Origin: Octopus bimaculoides
Lineage: Eukaryota
Direction: 5' to 3'
DNA: 38,710 nt
Assembly: GCF_001194135.2 (NCBI RefSeq)
Contig: NC_068988.1
Location: 46,614,567 to 46,653,276, forward strand
Shown here: in pieces, positions 34,556 to 38,710 of the stretch
Layout: the number at the start of each line of letters is the position of its first letter
How positions within the stretch are numbered: the stretch's first letter is position 1
Program-made: the position numbers and the translations under genes
The notes under the pieces: generated by a model
What the model saw: only the letters and a program-made list of their open reading frames with translations
Databases searched by the model: none
Told to the model about the DNA's origin: nothing

Positions 34556-37023
34556 GGGCCTATATGTGCGAGTGTGTACATACATACATGCATGCATGCA
34601 TACATACATACATATATATATACTTACACATATATATATGTATATATATGTATACATATGTATACATANNNNNNNNNNNNNNNNNNNNNNNNNNNNNNNN
34701 NNNNNNNNNNNNNNNNNNNNNNNNNNNNNNNNNNNNNNNNNNNNNNNNNNNNNNNNNNNNNNNNNNNNNNNNNNNNNNNNNNNNNNNNNNNNNNNNNNNN
34801 NNNNNNNNNNNNNNNNNNNNNNNNNNNNNNNNNNNNNNNNNNNNNNNNNNNNNNNNNNNNNNNNNNNNNNNNNNNNNNNNNNNNNNNNNNNNNNNNNNNN
34901 NNNNNNNNNNNNNNNNNNNNNNNNNNNNNNNNNNNNNNNNNNNNNNNNNNNNNNNNNNNNNNNNNNNNNNNNNNNNNNNNNNNNNNNNNNNNNNNNNNNN
35001 NNNNNNNNNNNNNNNNNNNNNNNNNNNNNNNNNNNNNNNNNNNNNNNNNNNNNNNNNNNNNNNNNNNNNNNNNNNNNNNNNNNNNNNNNNNNNNNNNNNN
35101 NNNNNNNNNNNNNNNNNNNNNNNNNNNNNNNNNNNNNNNNNNNNNNNNNNNNNNNNNNNNNNNNNNNNNNNNNNNNNNNNNNNNNNNNNNNNNNNNNNNN
35201 NNNNNNNNNNNNNNNNNNNNNNNNNNNNNNNNNNNNNNNNNNTATTAATCGGGTTCTTTCAATCGTTAGGTCAAGTTTTACCAGAAAGTAGTTGCTAATA
35301 TGTTTCTGATCTCTTGTTTTATTCTCAGACTTGACCTTATTCGAACTAGACCAAAAACCTGTTTTTCGTATTATTGTATTTACTACATTGCTAAAAATGA
35401 GGATGAGAATGGTAGAATTCCTTTTTGTGTGGATGTTTATAATATAGTTCGTATTCGTTCTCAACAAATATATTGATACACCAAAAAGTATCGCCAACTT
35501 CAGACTTTTCTGATAGTGTTCTTGTAAAACCTAAACGCTTTGAAATGCCGATTATAATTCTGTACATTTACCTAGTTCTTGTCAGTGTGAGAAAGCTAAA
35601 TGATCGGTCATATATAAGCCTATATTTTATATCTATAATTGATTTCATATACATAAGCCTTTATCTAATGGATGGATGTGAAATCACATATATGAGTGTA
35701 ATTGAACGAGCCCATAATATTTATTCACAAGAAGTTCATTTCGCTCAGGAGACTTTTTCATCACATAGCATTTTTTCTGGTTTATATATAGTTATTTATA
35801 TATCACTATCATTTACAATGCAATACTTTGCGACAAATGATATTGCATTGGTGAGTAAGATTTTGAAAATGGAATATAGACTCAGCAAAATCGAATTGAG
35901 TAGACTTTGAATTACTTTTATTGTTAACACAGTAAAACCAACTGTCTGCCATATTGCAATTTCATTGTCGAAATCTGATGACTTTCCGGATTCTGACTTT
36001 ATATTATTTAATATGTGTTTGCTCGTTAATTCTTGGCTGGGCAAATTATATTTAGGCTAGAATTAATGCTATACATTTAGGCTGGAATTAATGTTCTCTT
36101 TGTGATATTTTAACGTGATATCTGCTTTACGCCTGGGTAAATATTCGAAGCGTTGGTCTCGTTTTAATTTAGTTGCTGTATTTTTTTATTTCATTACTAA
36201 TATCGTCATGCATGTGTGAATTGGTTTTTCTAGTGTTTTGAGTAATAATGCGGTGTAGAAGTTTCGTGTCTATGTCCATTATTTAATTCATATAGATTTT
36301 AGTTTTATCACAAAAGGTAAAACTTTAACAATATTAATATTCTTAATGTTGGAATTTATCTTGTGTTTATAAAATCTTTACTAGTCAGCCTCTTAAAGCC
36401 ACCAACTCCAGAAATATGAACATTGTCATATAATTAAAAATTTAGTGACTAGCATATTTTAACCATATGCTAAATCATAAGTAAAATTTATTTACATAAA
36501 ATGAATTCTATTTCTTCCTTTCAACCTTTGCACAGTATAGCTAATAACATGAGCAAAAGATTACAACCTTATATAATCAAACAAAAAATCTTTGGCGACA
36601 ACACTCTAAAGACTCGGACATTCAATAGTATTTCTTTTACTTCTAAACTACGGAAAATATAACAAACAATATAATAAAAAATACGATATATTGTTTAATC
36701 TATTCCCCTTTTTAAGTGTAAGCAACAAAAGAATAAGAAATGGACCACACTGAGAAACATTTCCAGTCAAGCTGCATGTATTAAAATTATTCTGTAGAAA
36801 CAACACAAAAGTGAATCATAGTTGCAAATCACAGCATTATTAATATTTTACGCTAAATACCAACGAAGGTTTAGAAGAAAAAAAAAAAGCAAATTACCCA
36901 TGGAAAGAATAGAATAGCTATCTACTATGTTATAATAATTTAAATCTATATAACATGGTGAGTATACTCATTTGCATATAAAATCACAAACAAATACTTT
37001 TTTGTGTAACTGTGCGTACATAC

Positions 37024-37210
37024 ATCTTAGATATAAATGGCAATTTTTGTCTGTCCGTCTGTTTGTTATAATCTTGCTGCCCAAAACAGGAAACCAATAT
37101 TCACCAAACTTTGTATACAAGTTAAACTAACATCCAGTTCTATTATAGGCTAATTAGATTTCAATAAATGTCGATAATGGACCTACTACGGGGGTTGGTC
37201 TATTATATGA
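37024..37210 (+). mobile_element. Possible non-autonomous Helitron/Helentron-like 5' fragment
   Basis: Starts TCTTAGATATAAA, then GTCTGTCCGTCTGT and ATTCACCAAACTTTG, an arrangement I recall from non-autonomous Helitron-type repeats. No 3' end seen. Confidence 0.35.
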
Positions 37211-37458
37211 TAAAATGACAGGAGTGTAAAAGTGTTAGGTTCAGGGAAATGTGGTTAATATCAGGGAAAGAGAGACGACAGAAAGAGATAAACACACAGG
37301 GAATGTGAGAGACACACAGGGACATCTTACGTATATATAAAAAAGAGTTAGTATGTGTATTTGTGTGTGTAAGGGGGGAGATGCGCGTGCGTGCGTACGT
37401 ATCTTCCTTATGCATTCGAAATGTATAAACTATTGTATGTAGAGCTATACATACATCC

Positions 37459-37493
<35 letters not shown>

Positions 37494-38710
37494 NNNNNNN
37501 NNNNNNNNNNNNNNNNNNNNNNNNNNNNNNNNNNNNNNNNNNNNNNNNNNNNNNNNNNNNNNNNNNNNNNNNNNNNNNNNNNNNNNNNNNNNNNNNNNNN
37601 NNNNNNNNNNNNNNNNNNNNNNNNNNNNNNNNNNNNNNNNNNNNNNNNNNNNNNNNNNNNNNNNNNNNNNNNNNNNNNNNNNNNNNNNNNNNNNNNNNNN
37701 NNNNNNNNNNNNNNNNNNNNNNNNNNNNNNNNNNNNNNNNNNNNNNNNNNNNNNNNNNNNNNNNNNNNNNNNNNNNNNNNNNNNNNNNNNNNNNNNNNNN
37801 NNNNNNNNNNNNNNNNNNNNNNNNNNNNNNNNNNNNNNNNNNNNNNNNNNNNNNNNNNNNNNNNNATATATATATATATATATATATAGTAAGAACCTAA
37901 ATCCTTCGAAGGGATGTTAAACATCCAAGTTCGCCGTTTCAATGCAAAGCAAAGAATAAATATAATTCAATATATTCAATATCGGTACACTAAATAAAAT
38001 ATAATAAAGGTAAAATAGAAGTGTACATGTTACTTTATTCCAAGTTGGTACATATATCCAATAAGAGCTCTACAAGTCATTTCTAAGCCTAATTAATTCA
38101 AATCAAAACGAAATTAAGCTTTCCCTCAGGAATACATTATTGGAATGAATGAGTTCTACCAACAAATATAAAGACCATTACAATAGCCCAGAAAGTAGCA
38201 AGCAAATTACGGTAGAAAGAAACTAACCGAACGCCAAAACTATCAAAAACAGAAAATATATAAATACACTTCTCACAATTTATAAATACTTGTTAACGAC
38301 ATTTGCAATTACCGTCTATACAAAACAAAATAGAAAAAAAACTATTAACTACTAAGAATTATAGAGTTAACTAATTAAAAAATTAAAAACCAATATATTA
38401 TTCACTAGAACATAATCAATACGATAATTCAAAGTTAATAATATGGTTTTAAAAGAAAAGAATACCACATATTTACAAATGGCTTCGGTCAAGTAAAACA
38501 GAGTAGTTCCCCTTACATATGAACAAATCAAAACAAGTGAAAATAGAATTGCAGAAAAATTCCTTTCATTTCAAAATATCAGATAAACCTAAATTAAAAA
38601 TCTAAAATTTAAAATTTAACACAACTTAAAAACTTATTTTTAAAATGATAATAATATAAATTAAAATAAAAACTCCCTATATTACATTACATTACAAATG
38701 AAATCAATCT

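Noticed and set aside
37890-38710. A-rich block at the window end, suspected interspersed repeat
   Set aside because: No recognisable protein motif or second copy in the window, so it cannot be classified.

Overview
AT-rich, microsatellite- and gap-rich animal genomic DNA from a short-read assembly, with nine N-gaps, nearly all flanked by simple repeats. The SINE families look like those I recall from Octopus; that species call is an inference, not a database result. No intact, nameable gene is visible. The window is mostly transposon debris: (i) a ~3.7 kb decayed R4/Dong-clade RLE non-LTR retrotransposon (about 9920-13650) abutting an (AAT)n(AAG)n tract, plus a second RT fragment and an orphan copy of its ORF start; (ii) a Tc1 DD34E transposase pseudogene with one TIR; (iii) a rearranged mariner built from two left ends; (iv) a long-arm fold-back element; (v) a perfect 300-bp palindrome; (vi) at least three tRNA-derived SINE families, two copies with clear TSDs. 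A few splice-site-bounded open frames on both strands may be exons of unidentified host genes (low confidence). The most interesting observation is a ~60-nt motif repeated twice in the retrotransposon 5' leader, where the two copies keep the same helix through compensatory base changes. This makes it a candidate structured RNA or ribozyme-associated element. There is no CRISPR array, rRNA or genuine tRNA, and I cannot claim a new biological system from the sequence alone.
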